Below are positions 1-10,442 of a stretch of 64,000 bases of DNA, in pieces. A program made the position numbers and the translations under genes. The notes under the pieces are model-generated. The model ran no database searches, was not told the DNA's origin, and saw only the letters and a list, made by a program, of their open reading frames with translations. The DNA is from a virus. The stretch lies in the IMG/VR virus record IMGVR_UViG_3300024255_000002, one strand, 5' to 3'. Numbering within the stretch: the stretch's first letter is position 1; each line of letters starts with the position of its first letter.

Positions 1-600
1 AAAAGAAAACCTTTAATGTTTGTATTAGATAGTTTAGGTATGCTATCTACAACAAAAGAAATGGAAGACACAGCAGAGGGTAAAGAAACTAGAGACATGA
101 CAAGATCACAAATTGTCAAGGCCGCATTTAGAGTATTAACATTGAAACTAGGTAAAGCAAAAGTTCCTATGATTATGACAAACCATACTTATGATGTTAT
201 TGGTTCAATGTTTCCACAAAAAGAAATGGGTGGTGGTTCTGGTTTAAAGTATGCTGCTTCTAATATTGTTTATCTTTCAAAACGTAAAGAAAAAGATGGC
301 AAAGAAGTTGTGGGTAATATTATTCACTGTAAGAATTACAAGTCAAGGTTAACAAAAGAAAATGCTTTAATAGATGTTAGATTAACATATAAAGATGGCC
401 TTGATAAGTATTATGGGTTGCTTGATCTTGCATTGAAACATGAAATATTTAAATCTGTTTCAACAAGAATTGAGTTACCAGATGGTACAAAACAATATGC
501 TAAGACAATTAATAACGAACCCGAAAAGTTTTTTACTAAAGACATTCTTAAGCAGATTGATGAAGTAGCTAAAAAAGAGTTTCTATATGGACAAGACTAA
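1..600 (+). CDS. uvsX: UvsX RecA-like recombinase (C-terminal part, truncated by window edge)
   Basis: Walker B-like [23 protein letters not shown] motifs; directly upstream of gp41; frame is open from position 1. Confidence 0.93.
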   Translation, partial: KRKPLMFVLDSLGMLSTTKEMEDTAEGKETRDMTRSQIVKAAFRVLTLKLGKAKVPMIMTNHTYDVIGSMFPQKEMGGGSGLKYAASNIVYLSKRKEKDGKEVVGNIIHCKNYKSRLTKENALIDVRLTYKDGLDKYYGLLDLALKHEIFKSVSTRIELPDGTKQYAKTINNEPEKFFTKDILKQIDEVAKKEFLYGQD

Positions 601-880
601 GAAAAAATATCATTATGCTCAACGTGACGTTGACGATTATTCGTGTATCAAAATCAGCGAAGGAAAATATGAAGGTGTTATTTACACTTATGGTAAGGTT
701 ATGTTTGCTTCTGAAGCAAATCAACAAGACAAGTTACCATTAAAGTTTGAATATACTGTTAAGAAAAATCCTAAAGGTGTTGATACCGAATCTGAGGAAT
801 TTAGAACGTTGATCGGTGATATATTAGTCGATGAAATAGAGGGACAATTAAAAGATGGAAAGCTACAACTCAACAAGTAA
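587..880 (+). CDS. Conserved T4-like hypothetical protein (gp40 position)
   Basis: 97 aa ORF overlapping both neighbours, located between uvsX and gp41. Confidence 0.6.
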   Translation: MDKTKKKYHYAQRDVDDYSCIKISEGKYEGVIYTYGKVMFASEANQQDKLPLKFEYTVKKNPKGVDTESEEFRTLIGDILVDEIEGQLKDGKLQLNK

Positions 881-2261
881 ATTTGAACAAACAATTTTAA
901 CCAATCTTATTCATAACGAAGAATTTGCCAGAAAGGCAGTTCCTTTTTTAAAAGATGAATACTTTAAAGATAGTGTTGAGATTACGTTATTCAATATTAT
1001 AAATAACTTTATAGGAAAATATAATAATCTTCCTACTAAAGAGGCGATCGGTATTGAATTATCAAATTTAAAAACAATTACCGAAGAAGAACATAATCAA
1101 GCAAAATCATTATTAAACACTTTGAATTATGAAGAAGTGGATCCAAATTGGCTGATCGATACAACTGAAAAGTTTTGTAAAGATCGTGCTGTATATAATG
1201 CTGTATTATCAGGTATAAGGATTATAGATGGTAAAGATAAAAAACACACTCCCGAGGCGATACCGAGCATCCTTAGTGAGGCTCTTGCTGTTTCTTTTGA
1301 TCAGCATATTGGCCATGATTATCTAAAACAACCAGATGTTAGATTTGATTATTATCACAAAGTTGAACAACGTCTAAGATTTGATTTAAACTATTTCAAT
1401 CGTATTACAAAAGGTGGATTACCACCTAAGACACTTAATGTTGCTCTTGCAGGAACAGGTGTTGGTAAGTCGTTGTTTATGTGTCATGTTGCTTCTTCAA
1501 TGTTAGCACAAGGCAGAAACGTCTTATATATCACTTTAGAAATGGCAGAGGAGAGAATAGCCGAGAGGATTGATGCTAATCTATTAGATGTGACTATTGA
1601 TGATCTATATCAAATGCCAAGAGACCTATATGACAATAAGATCAACAAAATGCAATCTAAGATAAATGGTCAATTAATCATCAAAGAATATCCAACTGCG
1701 TCTGCTCATAGTGGTCACTTTAAATCATTATTTGATGAACTGTCTTTAAAGAAATCTTTTAAACCAGATATTGTATTCATAGATTATTTGAATATATGTA
1801 CAAGTGCAAGATTTAAAGGTGGTAATATTAATTCATATACAATGATTAAATCTATTGCTGAAGAACTTAGAGGACTTGCTGTTCAATACAATGTTCCTAT
1901 TGTGTCTGCTACACAAACAACTAGAACTGGTTTTATGTCAAGTGATGTAGGACTAGAAGATACATCAGAAAGTTTTGGTCTACCTGCAACTGCTGACTTT
2001 ATGTTTGCCTTAATCTCAAATGAAGAACTTGAAGAACTAGGACAAATGAAAGTTAAACAATTAAAAAATCGTTACAATGATCCTGGTATTAATCGTGCCT
2101 TTATCATTGGTGTTGATAGATCAAAAATGAGATTGTATGATGTAGAAAACAATGCTCAACAAATAGTAGATAGTAACCAAGAGTCACAGGAGAAGATAGA
2201 TACACCATCTGGTCCTCAACCTGTTGACCCTTACGATAAATTTTCAGGATTTAAAGTATGA
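855..2261 (+). CDS. 41: Replicative DNA helicase gp41 (DnaB-like)
   Basis: Walker A AGTGVGKS, LYITLEM, FIDYLN, SATQTTR, KQLKNRY motifs. Confidence 0.96.
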   Translation: MESYNSTSKFEQTILTNLIHNEEFARKAVPFLKDEYFKDSVEITLFNIINNFIGKYNNLPTKEAIGIELSNLKTITEEEHNQAKSLLNTLNYEEVDPNWLIDTTEKFCKDRAVYNAVLSGIRIIDGKDKKHTPEAIPSILSEALAVSFDQHIGHDYLKQPDVRFDYYHKVEQRLRFDLNYFNRITKGGLPPKTLNVALAGTGVGKSLFMCHVASSMLAQGRNVLYITLEMAEERIAERIDANLLDVTIDDLYQMPRDLYDNKINKMQSKINGQLIIKEYPTASAHSGHFKSLFDELSLKKSFKPDIVFIDYLNICTSARFKGGNINSYTMIKSIAEELRGLAVQYNVPIVSATQTTRTGFMSSDVGLEDTSESFGLPATADFMFALISNEELEELGQMKVKQLKNRYNDPGINRAFIIGVDRSKMRLYDVENNAQQIVDSNQESQEKIDTPSGPQPVDPYDKFSGFKV

Positions 2262-2542
2262 TAAAAAAGAAACCATCAATATATTATAAGGCACAAATGG
2301 TAAAATTAAAAGGTAAGATTATCTGGCGTGCCGTAGAAATGCCTAGTAAACTTGTTTTCAAAGAGTCTTTTTTTGAAGAAGATATAAAAGAGATTGTCAA
2401 ATTTCAAAATCAAAATAAGACATTTGGAGCATTTGGGCTTCCACCATTTTTTGATCTAAGAAATAGTAATGAAAAACTATCAGATAATGGTAAAAGCAAA
2501 TACAACTCCCCACCAAGAACTAGAGGTAGAAGTCGTGCATAA
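2258..2542 (+). CDS. Hypothetical protein
   Basis: 94 aa ORF whose start overlaps the end of gp41. Confidence 0.6.
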   Translation: MIKKKPSIYYKAQMVKLKGKIIWRAVEMPSKLVFKESFFEEDIKEIVKFQNQNKTFGAFGLPPFFDLRNSNEKLSDNGKSKYNSPPRTRGRSRA

Positions 2543-2550
2543 ATATATGC

Positions 2551-3795
2551 ATGCCAAACTTAAATAATATAAGCGTTAAAGAAGGAGAATTTACTGCTAT
2601 GCAGGAAAAGGCAACTGCCTTTATATTCAAACGTTCTTATTTACCACCTAAAAAAAGATTTAAATCAGCGGAAGATATTGTTAAAGATAAAGACACTGTA
2701 AAAGGTTTAAAAGAAATATTTGTGTTTAACAATAAACAACTGTTTAACTACACACTCCCCTGGTCTCAAAACCAAGAAAAAGTTTGGTTTGAAACTTTTT
2801 ATAAACAACATGAAAAGATATTAGATGTTTTTCCTAATGCTAAATTTACTATTTTTGATAGAGACGATAAAAATGGTTTTATGGAATGGTTTCAAAAACT
2901 CATAAAAGATTACTTCAGAATATCAAAGAAAGATAGTTATAATCCTGCTGATATTTGGTTAATAGATAAAAAAGAAGTTAATAGAAAAACCATAATAAAA
3001 GAATTAAACCAAGATTCTGCTACAAGAACCCTTACAGAATTAAATCAAGTAATGAGATCACTATACAATGAAAAAAAAGTTGTGGGACTTTCTTTAAAAT
3101 TAGTATCAGGACAAACAGCAAAGTATGAAAGAGTAAACCTTGATGATAAGTTTTTTAAAGATTTAGAAGCTAAAAAAGGTGTATATGATTATAAACTTAG
3201 TGATATAAAAATGGACTTAACTACCATTGGATCAGGAAAAAGAGCCAATTGGAAAACACAGGACACAGTTATTTCTCTAAGTCTTAACAATTCGATAAAA
3301 GTAAAATTTCAAGTTAAAGGAAACGGAACTTCTAAATTTGAAAATTTAAAAATTGAAGGAACGGGTGTTGGGGAAAAGGCAAGACTTGGTAAAGCACCTC
3401 TACTACTTATTTCTAAATTAACAAGTGGTAAACCATATAAGAAAACATTTCAAAACAGATTTGCTGATTTTCCAAAAGATACAAAAGAGTTTATAAAACA
3501 ATCTAAAAAATATAATAATATGTTTAGTGAACTAGTAGCAAATTGTAAAAAAAATAATATAAGATTAGTAACTAATATATTACCTAAAGATTTTACAAAG
3601 CAGATGAAGATTGCTTTTGACGGAGAGAAACCTTGGATTGCAAATTCTAAATTAATGCAATTAACCTTTGTTCATACGATTTGTTCAATGGTAAACAAAG
3701 ATATGATGGATGAATATGTTACTGATATTTTATTCTTGTCTAAAAAAGAAGGAAGAAATATCTTTCAATTTGGCCCTTTTGGTAAACTATATTAG
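2551..3795 (+). CDS. Hypothetical protein, possible PD-(D/E)XK restriction-like nuclease fold
   Basis: YNPADIWL...VVGLSLK resembles a PD...SxK catalytic layout; late-like CATAAATA just upstream. Confidence 0.45.
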   Translation: MPNLNNISVKEGEFTAMQEKATAFIFKRSYLPPKKRFKSAEDIVKDKDTVKGLKEIFVFNNKQLFNYTLPWSQNQEKVWFETFYKQHEKILDVFPNAKFTIFDRDDKNGFMEWFQKLIKDYFRISKKDSYNPADIWLIDKKEVNRKTIIKELNQDSATRTLTELNQVMRSLYNEKKVVGLSLKLVSGQTAKYERVNLDDKFFKDLEAKKGVYDYKLSDIKMDLTTIGSGKRANWKTQDTVISLSLNNSIKVKFQVKGNGTSKFENLKIEGTGVGEKARLGKAPLLLISKLTSGKPYKKTFQNRFADFPKDTKEFIKQSKKYNNMFSELVANCKKNNIRLVTNILPKDFTKQMKIAFDGEKPWIANSKLMQLTFVHTICSMVNKDMMDEYVTDILFLSKKEGRNIFQFGPFGKLY

Positions 3796-3803
3796 TATAA
3801 ATA
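3796..3803 (+). promoter_or_regulatory. T4-type late promoter TATAAATA
   Basis: Exact gp55 consensus, intergenic. Confidence 0.75.
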
Positions 3804-3840
3804 GTCATAAAAAAGATTGTATTTGTTTATGGAATAGTGC

Positions 3841-3869
3841 TTGACAAATAGCACTAAATTTGATATAAT
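3841..3869 (+). promoter_or_regulatory. sigma70 promoter TTGACA-17-TATAAT
   Basis: Perfect consensus; the -35 box is flanked by the inverted repeat TAGTGC/GCACTA. Confidence 0.85.
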
Positions 3870-3896
3870 ATATTATATGGATAACGTGGGAGAAAC

Positions 3897-5120
3897 ATGC
3901 AAAGTTTTAAACAATATTTAAGTGAGGCTAAAAATACTCATTTAGAACATTTAGAAGATTCTATCATTAATGATGGATATGAAGGTGGTGTTAATGCCAT
4001 TACATTTCTTAAATCATTAAGAGATATGCTTATCGGATCGTCAAGTAGAGGATTAAACGTTTCAGTAAAATGGGACGGTGCTCCTGCTGTGATCTGTGGT
4101 ATCAATCCTGAAAACGGCAAATTCTTTGTTGGATCAAAATCAGTATTCAACGTAACTCCCAAAATAAATTATACATCTGCTGATATTAGAAGAAATCACA
4201 CAGGCGGACTTGCTGAAAAATTACAAGTTGCATTAGTAGAATTAAAGAAATTAGGAATCAAAGGCGTTGTTCAAGGTGACTTTTTATACACTAACAATGA
4301 ATTAAAAAGTGCCAACATAAGAGGTGAAAGTGTTTTAACTTTTACACCTAATACAATCACATATGCTGTGCCTGTAGATAGTACAATAGGTAAAAGAATT
4401 GCCTCTGCTAAAATGGGTATCATATTTCACACAACATACACTGGTAGAAAAATGGCAGACTTAAAAGCAAACTTTGGTGTGAACGTAAGTTCATTTAGAA
4501 AAACATCATCTGTATTTTTTGATGACGCAGGATACAAAGACGCTTCAGGTGTTGCTACATTTACAACTGCTGAAAGTGAAAGATATGACGCAATGTTAAG
4601 AATGGCATTTGGTTCTGTAAGTAAAGGCAGACCAATATTAAACTTATTAAGTAAACAACAAAATTTATATTCTGTTGGTGCTAGACTTAAAATATTTTTC
4701 AATGACTTTATTAGAAGAGGTCAATCAATAGAAAATGTAAGTAAGTTAGTATCACAATTTAGAACATATTATATTAGTGTTTTAGACAAAGAAATATCGG
4801 CAAGAAAAACACAAAATGCAAAAGATAAATTTGAAGCAATCAAAAATGAAGGACTAAAATTTATGGAAAAAAATGAAGTCGGTATATATTTTGCCATTGC
4901 TAGTTATGTGACATTACAAAGAGTAAAAGATTTCTTAATAAACAAAATGAATCAAATAAAAAGTATAGGAACATTTTTACAAAAAGACAATGGGTTTGAA
5001 GTTACAAATCCAGAAGGATATGTTGCCGTAGATAGAATGGGCAACGCTGTAAAACTAGTTGATAGATTAGAGTTTAGTACTGCTAACTTTAATATTTCTA
5101 AGAACTGGATAAAAGGATAA
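3897..5120 (+). CDS. Conserved T4-like protein (DUF6267-like) with ATP-dependent ligase-like motifs
   Basis: KNTHLEHLED; VKWDG (KxDG), VVQGD, EGYVA, VKLV in ligase motif order; N-terminus MQSFKQYLSEA. Confidence 0.65.
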   Translation: MQSFKQYLSEAKNTHLEHLEDSIINDGYEGGVNAITFLKSLRDMLIGSSSRGLNVSVKWDGAPAVICGINPENGKFFVGSKSVFNVTPKINYTSADIRRNHTGGLAEKLQVALVELKKLGIKGVVQGDFLYTNNELKSANIRGESVLTFTPNTITYAVPVDSTIGKRIASAKMGIIFHTTYTGRKMADLKANFGVNVSSFRKTSSVFFDDAGYKDASGVATFTTAESERYDAMLRMAFGSVSKGRPILNLLSKQQNLYSVGARLKIFFNDFIRRGQSIENVSKLVSQFRTYYISVLDKEISARKTQNAKDKFEAIKNEGLKFMEKNEVGIYFAIASYVTLQRVKDFLINKMNQIKSIGTFLQKDNGFEVTNPEGYVAVDRMGNAVKLVDRLEFSTANFNISKNWIKG

Positions 5121-5123
5121 GAT

Positions 5124-6482
5124 ATGGCAAATTTTAGAAAAGACTCACAGGCATTTTTAAACGATAGTAAAACTATCTTTGAAGTACCAATGATAGCAAC
5201 AAAAGATGGTAATGTTGTATCACAAACAAATCCGTTTCCAGTCACAATATCAAATACTGGAACCAGTCAAACAATTTCAACAGAAACAAATGTGGATGCT
5301 TTTGGTAGAAGTAGAATATCATCACCACTAACACTATTTGATTCCTCACATAGATTTGCTGATAATGATTTATGGAATGAAGATATTACAGGTGACGCTT
5401 CATCAACCTTTCAAATAAATGAGGGTCTAATAGATTTAACAGTTGGTGATAATGCTAATGATGAAATTATTAGAGAAACAAATAAAGTAATGGCTTATCA
5501 ACCTGGTAAATCATTGTTAATTTTAAATTCTTTTATATTTAATGCTGCTAAAACTGGATTAAGACAAAGAATAGGATATTTTGGAACAGACAATGGTATC
5601 TATTTTGAACAAGATGGTACAGATGTTTATATAGTAGAAAGAAGTAAAATAACAGGTTCAGTTGTAGAAAGTAGAATTGCTCAAGCAGATTGGAATATAG
5701 ATAAATTAGATGGCACAGGTATAACAGGTTATACTTTAGATTTAACAAAAGCACAAATTCAATATATAGATTTAGAATGGTTAGGTGTAGGAACCGTAAG
5801 AGCAGGTTTTGTTATTAATGGTAGATTTGTAGTTGCTCACGCATTTCATCACGCTAATTTAGTATCTGGAACATATATCACTACAGGTTCTTTACCTTTA
5901 AGATGTGAAATTAAACAACAAACGGAAGTTGGAGATGGTTCTACCGCTACATTAAAACAAGTTTGTTCTAGTGTTATGAGTGAAGGTGGTTATGAATTAA
6001 GAGGAAGGCAACAAGCTATTGGAACAGTGATTACTTCTCCTTATAGATTAACAACTGCTGGAACTTATTATCCTGTAGCTTCTATAAGACTAAAAGCTGC
6101 AAGACTAGATGCAATTGTTATTCTTACTGCTTTATCTTTATTGGGAACTGGAAATGGAAAATTTTATAATTGGCAAGTGGTTGCTGGTGGAAGTATTGCG
6201 GGTGGAACTTGGGTGTCTGGTGGAGCAAACTCATCTGTTGAATATAATATTACAGGCACTGATCACACATTAGGGACAGGAAGAATATTGGCTAGTGGTT
6301 TTACTTCTTCTTCCAAACAAATAAGTGAATCTATTAATATATTAAAAGAAGCTTTATTTAAGTTTCAATTAGAGAGAAATACATTTACTAGTACACCTGA
6401 AATTTTAACATTGAGATTGGCTTGTGATAGTAATACAGAAGATGTTTTTGGTTCCATGGACTGGGAGGAGGTTACTAGATAA
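5124..6482 (+). CDS. Probable virion structural protein (beta-rich)
   Basis: DAFGRSRISSPLTLFDS motif; Thr/Gly/Ser-rich composition. Confidence 0.55.
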   Translation: MANFRKDSQAFLNDSKTIFEVPMIATKDGNVVSQTNPFPVTISNTGTSQTISTETNVDAFGRSRISSPLTLFDSSHRFADNDLWNEDITGDASSTFQINEGLIDLTVGDNANDEIIRETNKVMAYQPGKSLLILNSFIFNAAKTGLRQRIGYFGTDNGIYFEQDGTDVYIVERSKITGSVVESRIAQADWNIDKLDGTGITGYTLDLTKAQIQYIDLEWLGVGTVRAGFVINGRFVVAHAFHHANLVSGTYITTGSLPLRCEIKQQTEVGDGSTATLKQVCSSVMSEGGYELRGRQQAIGTVITSPYRLTTAGTYYPVASIRLKAARLDAIVILTALSLLGTGNGKFYNWQVVAGGSIAGGTWVSGGANSSVEYNITGTDHTLGTGRILASGFTSSSKQISESINILKEALFKFQLERNTFTSTPEILTLRLACDSNTEDVFGSMDWEEVTR

Positions 6483-7066
6483 TGAAAACATTTAGAACAT
6501 ATATTAAAGAGGCACAACAAAGACGAATAGTTATGTTAGGTGGTCCTGGTTCAGGTAAATCAACATACACTAAGTATTTGATGGATAGATACGGCATACC
6601 TCACATATATCCAGGTGGCATGTTAAGAAAAGAAGTTGAGAAAAATACAGAAATAGGAAAACAAATTAAAGATTTAATTACAAAAGGTAAGTTTGCACCT
6701 AGTGAAATGGTTTTAAAACTTATTAAAGACAGAATTGCAGAAAGTCCAGACGGATATGTATTAGACGGATGGCCTAGATATATGAAACAAGTAAGAGAAA
6801 TGGAACGAGAAAATATCGGACATGATGTTGCTGTGTTTTTAGATGTAAGTAAAGAAGAAGTAATGAAACGATTACTTGCAAGAGGTAGAGTTGATGATAC
6901 CGAAGAAGTTATCAACGATAGAATTAAACTATACAAAGAAGAAACTGGTCCTGTTGTAGAATACTTTAGAAATAAACCTGGTTTTATAAGTATTAAAGCA
7001 GAGGGTGATACACCAGAAAACATTAGTAAAAAAATTATTAGAGAAATAGAAAATGAAAAGCTTTAA
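6482..7066 (+). CDS. adk: Adenylate kinase (short-LID type)
   Basis: GGPGSGKST P-loop, GGMLR, GYVLDGWPR, RGRVDD. Confidence 0.9.
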   Translation: MKTFRTYIKEAQQRRIVMLGGPGSGKSTYTKYLMDRYGIPHIYPGGMLRKEVEKNTEIGKQIKDLITKGKFAPSEMVLKLIKDRIAESPDGYVLDGWPRYMKQVREMERENIGHDVAVFLDVSKEEVMKRLLARGRVDDTEEVINDRIKLYKEETGPVVEYFRNKPGFISIKAEGDTPENISKKIIREIENEKL

Positions 7067-10000
7067 ACAATTTAACGAGTCTATTATAGACATACCAAGA
7101 AAAACGTATGCAAAGGCAGTATTTGATAAACCAGATACACCTAATCCAGAGTTAAAAGCTTCAGTTAAAAAACAAGTATTAGACGGAATTAAGTCATTTG
7201 AAAAATTTGGAAAAGTAGTTAAGTATGGTCTTATTGGATCAATACTAACAAAACAATATAGAGGTGACGCTGACCTTGATGTTAATATTTTATTTGATAT
7301 ACCTGGTTCAAAAGAAGAACAAGAAAAGGTACATGAAAAAATAAAAGAACATCAATATGAAATAAATGGTAAAACAATACCAGGCAGTGAACATCCTATA
7401 AACTATTTTTCTATCATAGATCCTGCTATATTTGATAAGGCAAATAAGATGGCAGATGGTATTTTTGATATCGATAAGAACAAATGGATCAAAAAACCAG
7501 AACCAGGCAAATTTGAACCTGAAAAATATATGGCGGATTTTCAGAAACGAGTATCTGAAATAGATGTTGTTAAGGGTGAATTGGCAAGAGACATGATTGA
7601 TTATGAAGAACTAAAAGAACTAGGCAAAGACGATATAGAAAACCTAGAAGGATTAGTTTCTAAAAAGTTAGCTGAAATTAAAGATTCCATTAACACATTA
7701 TTTGATATTGGTGCTAAAACTGTTAAAGATCGAAAAGACGCTTTCTTAGCAGATATGTCACCAGACGAAGTAAGAAAATTTGGAGTAAAAAACCGACTTC
7801 CTAAAAACGTGATTTATAAAATGTTAGAAAAGTATCATTATCTCAAATTCTTTAAAACTTTGGAAGAGATTATGTTGGATGGTAAAATAACACCAGATGA
7901 ACTTAAATCGTTATCTAAGATTAAAGAAGCCAAAGGTAGACATATAGCGTTTACCTTTGGCCGATTTAATCCACCTACAATAGGACATGGAAAATTATTA
8001 CAAAAATTATTTACAGTTAGAGCAGACAACCACTTTATATTTTTAAGTAGATCGGAAGACTCAGATAAGAACCCATTATCATTTAGAGAGAAGTCAAAAG
8101 TTATGAAACAAATGTTTCCTAGATATGCTTCAAACATAATAGTAAGTGGTTCAAATAGAGTATTTGATATAGTCACTGATCTTTACAATAAAGGTGCTAC
8201 AGAATTATCAATGGTTGTCGGTTCAGATAGAGTAAGAGAATTTGACACCACTATTAAAAAATATAATGGTGTAAAAAGCAGACATGGTTATTATAACTTT
8301 GATAACATTAATATAGTTTCTGCTGGAGAAAGAGATCCAGATGCTGACGGCGCTACAGGAATGTCAGCAAGTAAAATGAGAGCGGCCGCTAAGGCAAATG
8401 ATTTAGATGCATTTAAAAAAGGATTGCCAAGTGGATTTAGAGACGCCGAAGAATTAATAAAAAGATTAAGACAAGGCATGAGATTGGCTGCTTCAAACGA
8501 TCCAGAAATAGAAGAAGGAACATTAAAGTTTAAACCATTTATAACTGCTTCTACAAAAGAGGAGTTAGAAAATATGATTATAAGAGACAAGTATTTAACA
8601 GAGCATTTATATGATGTAGGAGACATTGTTGATGATGTTGAGAATAAAGTTACAGGTGTTATCGTAAGACGAGGAACAAACTATGTAACACTTGAAGACG
8701 TTGATAATAAACTACATAAGTCATGGTTATTTAATATTATTGAATCGCCTGTTTATCCTAGAGAATTAGACGAGTCGGCAAAAAAATTAAAATACGACAA
8801 AGAGACAGATCAACCTAAAAAATATGTTGCTGGTTTATCAGACAAAGAGAAGAAGTCACACGACAAACATTTAGAAAAACAAGGCAAAAAATCTGACGAT
8901 GATAAAAGTGCTTACACACAATCGCCAGCAGATAAAGTTGCTAAAACTAAACCAAGTGTTCATACAAAGAAATTCAAACAAATGTATGGTGAACTTAAAA
9001 CTGAAAAAGAGCCACAAAAAAGAGGTGATGAATTTGTAGATACTGGATTGCCTGAAAGTTCAAATAGAAAGGCAGATGAGTTAGAACATGCTAAATTAAT
9101 GAATAAGGCACTTAGAACTATGCCACAATCTATTAAACAAAAAGAAATTATAAAACAAGTAAATGTTGTAAGAAAAAGATTAGGATATAGACCTCTTAGT
9201 GAGTCATATGAAATAGGCCATGATTATGCAAAATACACTTCATCTATAACCCCAGGTCAAAAAAATTATGACCCTAAATTTCAAGGTGGTTCATACAAAC
9301 CAAGTGAACCTAAAAACAACTTAATCAACGTTAATGCTGATAAAAAAGTTGATTTAAAAGATATTGAAGAATGGATAAGTGACAGTGAAACAATAGATAA
9401 ATATAAAGAAAGATACGGTGAAGACTGGCAATCTAAGTTAGACGAAGTATATAATAAGATGTTTAACAAAGTTGTGGATACTAGTGAAAACAGTTACACA
9501 ACAAAAGTCAAAGACGTTAAAGGTGATTTGAAAACAATGCCTGAAGAAGACTTTGAAAGTAAATACAAAAAGTCTAAATCAGAAATGAAAGTGAACGTAG
9601 GTGATAATGATATGAAATTAAGAAGTTTTAAAGAACATACTAATGTAAATGAGGCAATAGATTATCATTTACAAATGAATGTGCCTATTTGTGAGAACAT
9701 TTTTAGACATAATTCATCATCGTTCTTTGAGTTTTATAATAGACTTAGAGGAAAAGTTGTAAAAGAAAAAATTGAATTATCTGTTGAAGACAAAGAGTTT
9801 TTAGATACAGATATTGGAACCTTTGGATTATTTGAAGGCAATGAAGTTGCTTTAGATTGTCCAATGCTTGATGAAGAGGATGAGAAAAATCCTCCAATAG
9901 GTAAACCAAAAAGAGGCGGACCTAAAAAGTTTTATGTCTATGTAAAAGATGGAGATAAAGTTAAAAAGGTCACATGGGGTGATACATCAGGATTATCAGT

Positions 10001-10154
10001 TAAGATGAATGATCCTGAGGCAAGAAAAAGTTTTGCTGCTAGGCACCAATGTTCTACACAAAAAGATAGAACATCGGCTGCATATTGGGCTTGTAACACA
10101 CCAAGATATGCTAAACAGTTAGGTTTATCTGGTGGTGGAAGTTTTTTCTGGTAA
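7053..10154 (+). CDS. Multidomain protein: Pol-beta-like nucleotidyltransferase + cytidyltransferase (HIGH-class) + C-terminal DUF6321-like domain
   Basis: GSILTKQYRGDADLDV; FTFGRFNPPTIGH, VVGSDRV, MSASKMR; KKFYVYVK...ARKSFAARHQC...YWAC. Confidence 0.75.
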   Translation: MKSFKQFNESIIDIPRKTYAKAVFDKPDTPNPELKASVKKQVLDGIKSFEKFGKVVKYGLIGSILTKQYRGDADLDVNILFDIPGSKEEQEKVHEKIKEHQYEINGKTIPGSEHPINYFSIIDPAIFDKANKMADGIFDIDKNKWIKKPEPGKFEPEKYMADFQKRVSEIDVVKGELARDMIDYEELKELGKDDIENLEGLVSKKLAEIKDSINTLFDIGAKTVKDRKDAFLADMSPDEVRKFGVKNRLPKNVIYKMLEKYHYLKFFKTLEEIMLDGKITPDELKSLSKIKEAKGRHIAFTFGRFNPPTIGHGKLLQKLFTVRADNHFIFLSRSEDSDKNPLSFREKSKVMKQMFPRYASNIIVSGSNRVFDIVTDLYNKGATELSMVVGSDRVREFDTTIKKYNGVKSRHGYYNFDNINIVSAGERDPDADGATGMSASKMRAAAKANDLDAFKKGLPSGFRDAEELIKRLRQGMRLAASNDPEIEEGTLKFKPFITASTKEELENMIIRDKYLTEHLYDVGDIVDDVENKVTGVIVRRGTNYVTLEDVDNKLHKSWLFNIIESPVYPRELDESAKKLKYDKETDQPKKYVAGLSDKEKKSHDKHLEKQGKKSDDDKSAYTQSPADKVAKTKPSVHTKKFKQMYGELKTEKEPQKRGDEFVDTGLPESSNRKADELEHAKLMNKALRTMPQSIKQKEIIKQVNVVRKRLGYRPLSESYEIGHDYAKYTSSITPGQKNYDPKFQGGSYKPSEPKNNLINVNADKKVDLKDIEEWISDSETIDKYKERYGEDWQSKLDEVYNKMFNKVVDTSENSYTTKVKDVKGDLKTMPEEDFESKYKKSKSEMKVNVGDNDMKLRSFKEHTNVNEAIDYHLQMNVPICENIFRHNSSSFFEFYNRLRGKVVKEKIELSVEDKEFLDTDIGTFGLFEGNEVALDCPMLDEEDEKNPPIGKPKRGGPKKFYVYVKDGDKVKKVTWGDTSGLSVKMNDPEARKSFAARHQCSTQKDRTSAAYWACNTPRYAKQLGLSGGGSFFW

Positions 10155-10157
10155 GTT

Positions 10158-10442
10158 ATGAGTAAACCATATGATGATATAGTGATTGAAGAAAACCATT
10201 TTATAAGAACTATTGACAATAATGCCGATAATTCAGAAATGGTTTGGCATAGAGATAAGGCAGACCGAAAGGTAGTTGCTTTAGAAGGTGATGAATGGTA
10301 TTTACAAATGGATAATGAAATGCCTCAACTTATAGAATTAAATAAACCGATGCATATTAAAAAGGGTGTGTATCATAGAGTAATAAGAGGAAAACAAAAA
10401 TTAAAACTAGAAATTTGGGAAAGTAACCATGACAAAATATAG
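10158..10442 (+). CDS. Small cupin-like protein
   Basis: WHRD...EG.W.LQ...YHRVIRG pattern. Confidence 0.55.
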   Translation: MSKPYDDIVIEENHFIRTIDNNADNSEMVWHRDKADRKVVALEGDEWYLQMDNEMPQLIELNKPMHIKKGVYHRVIRGKQKLKLEIWESNHDKI

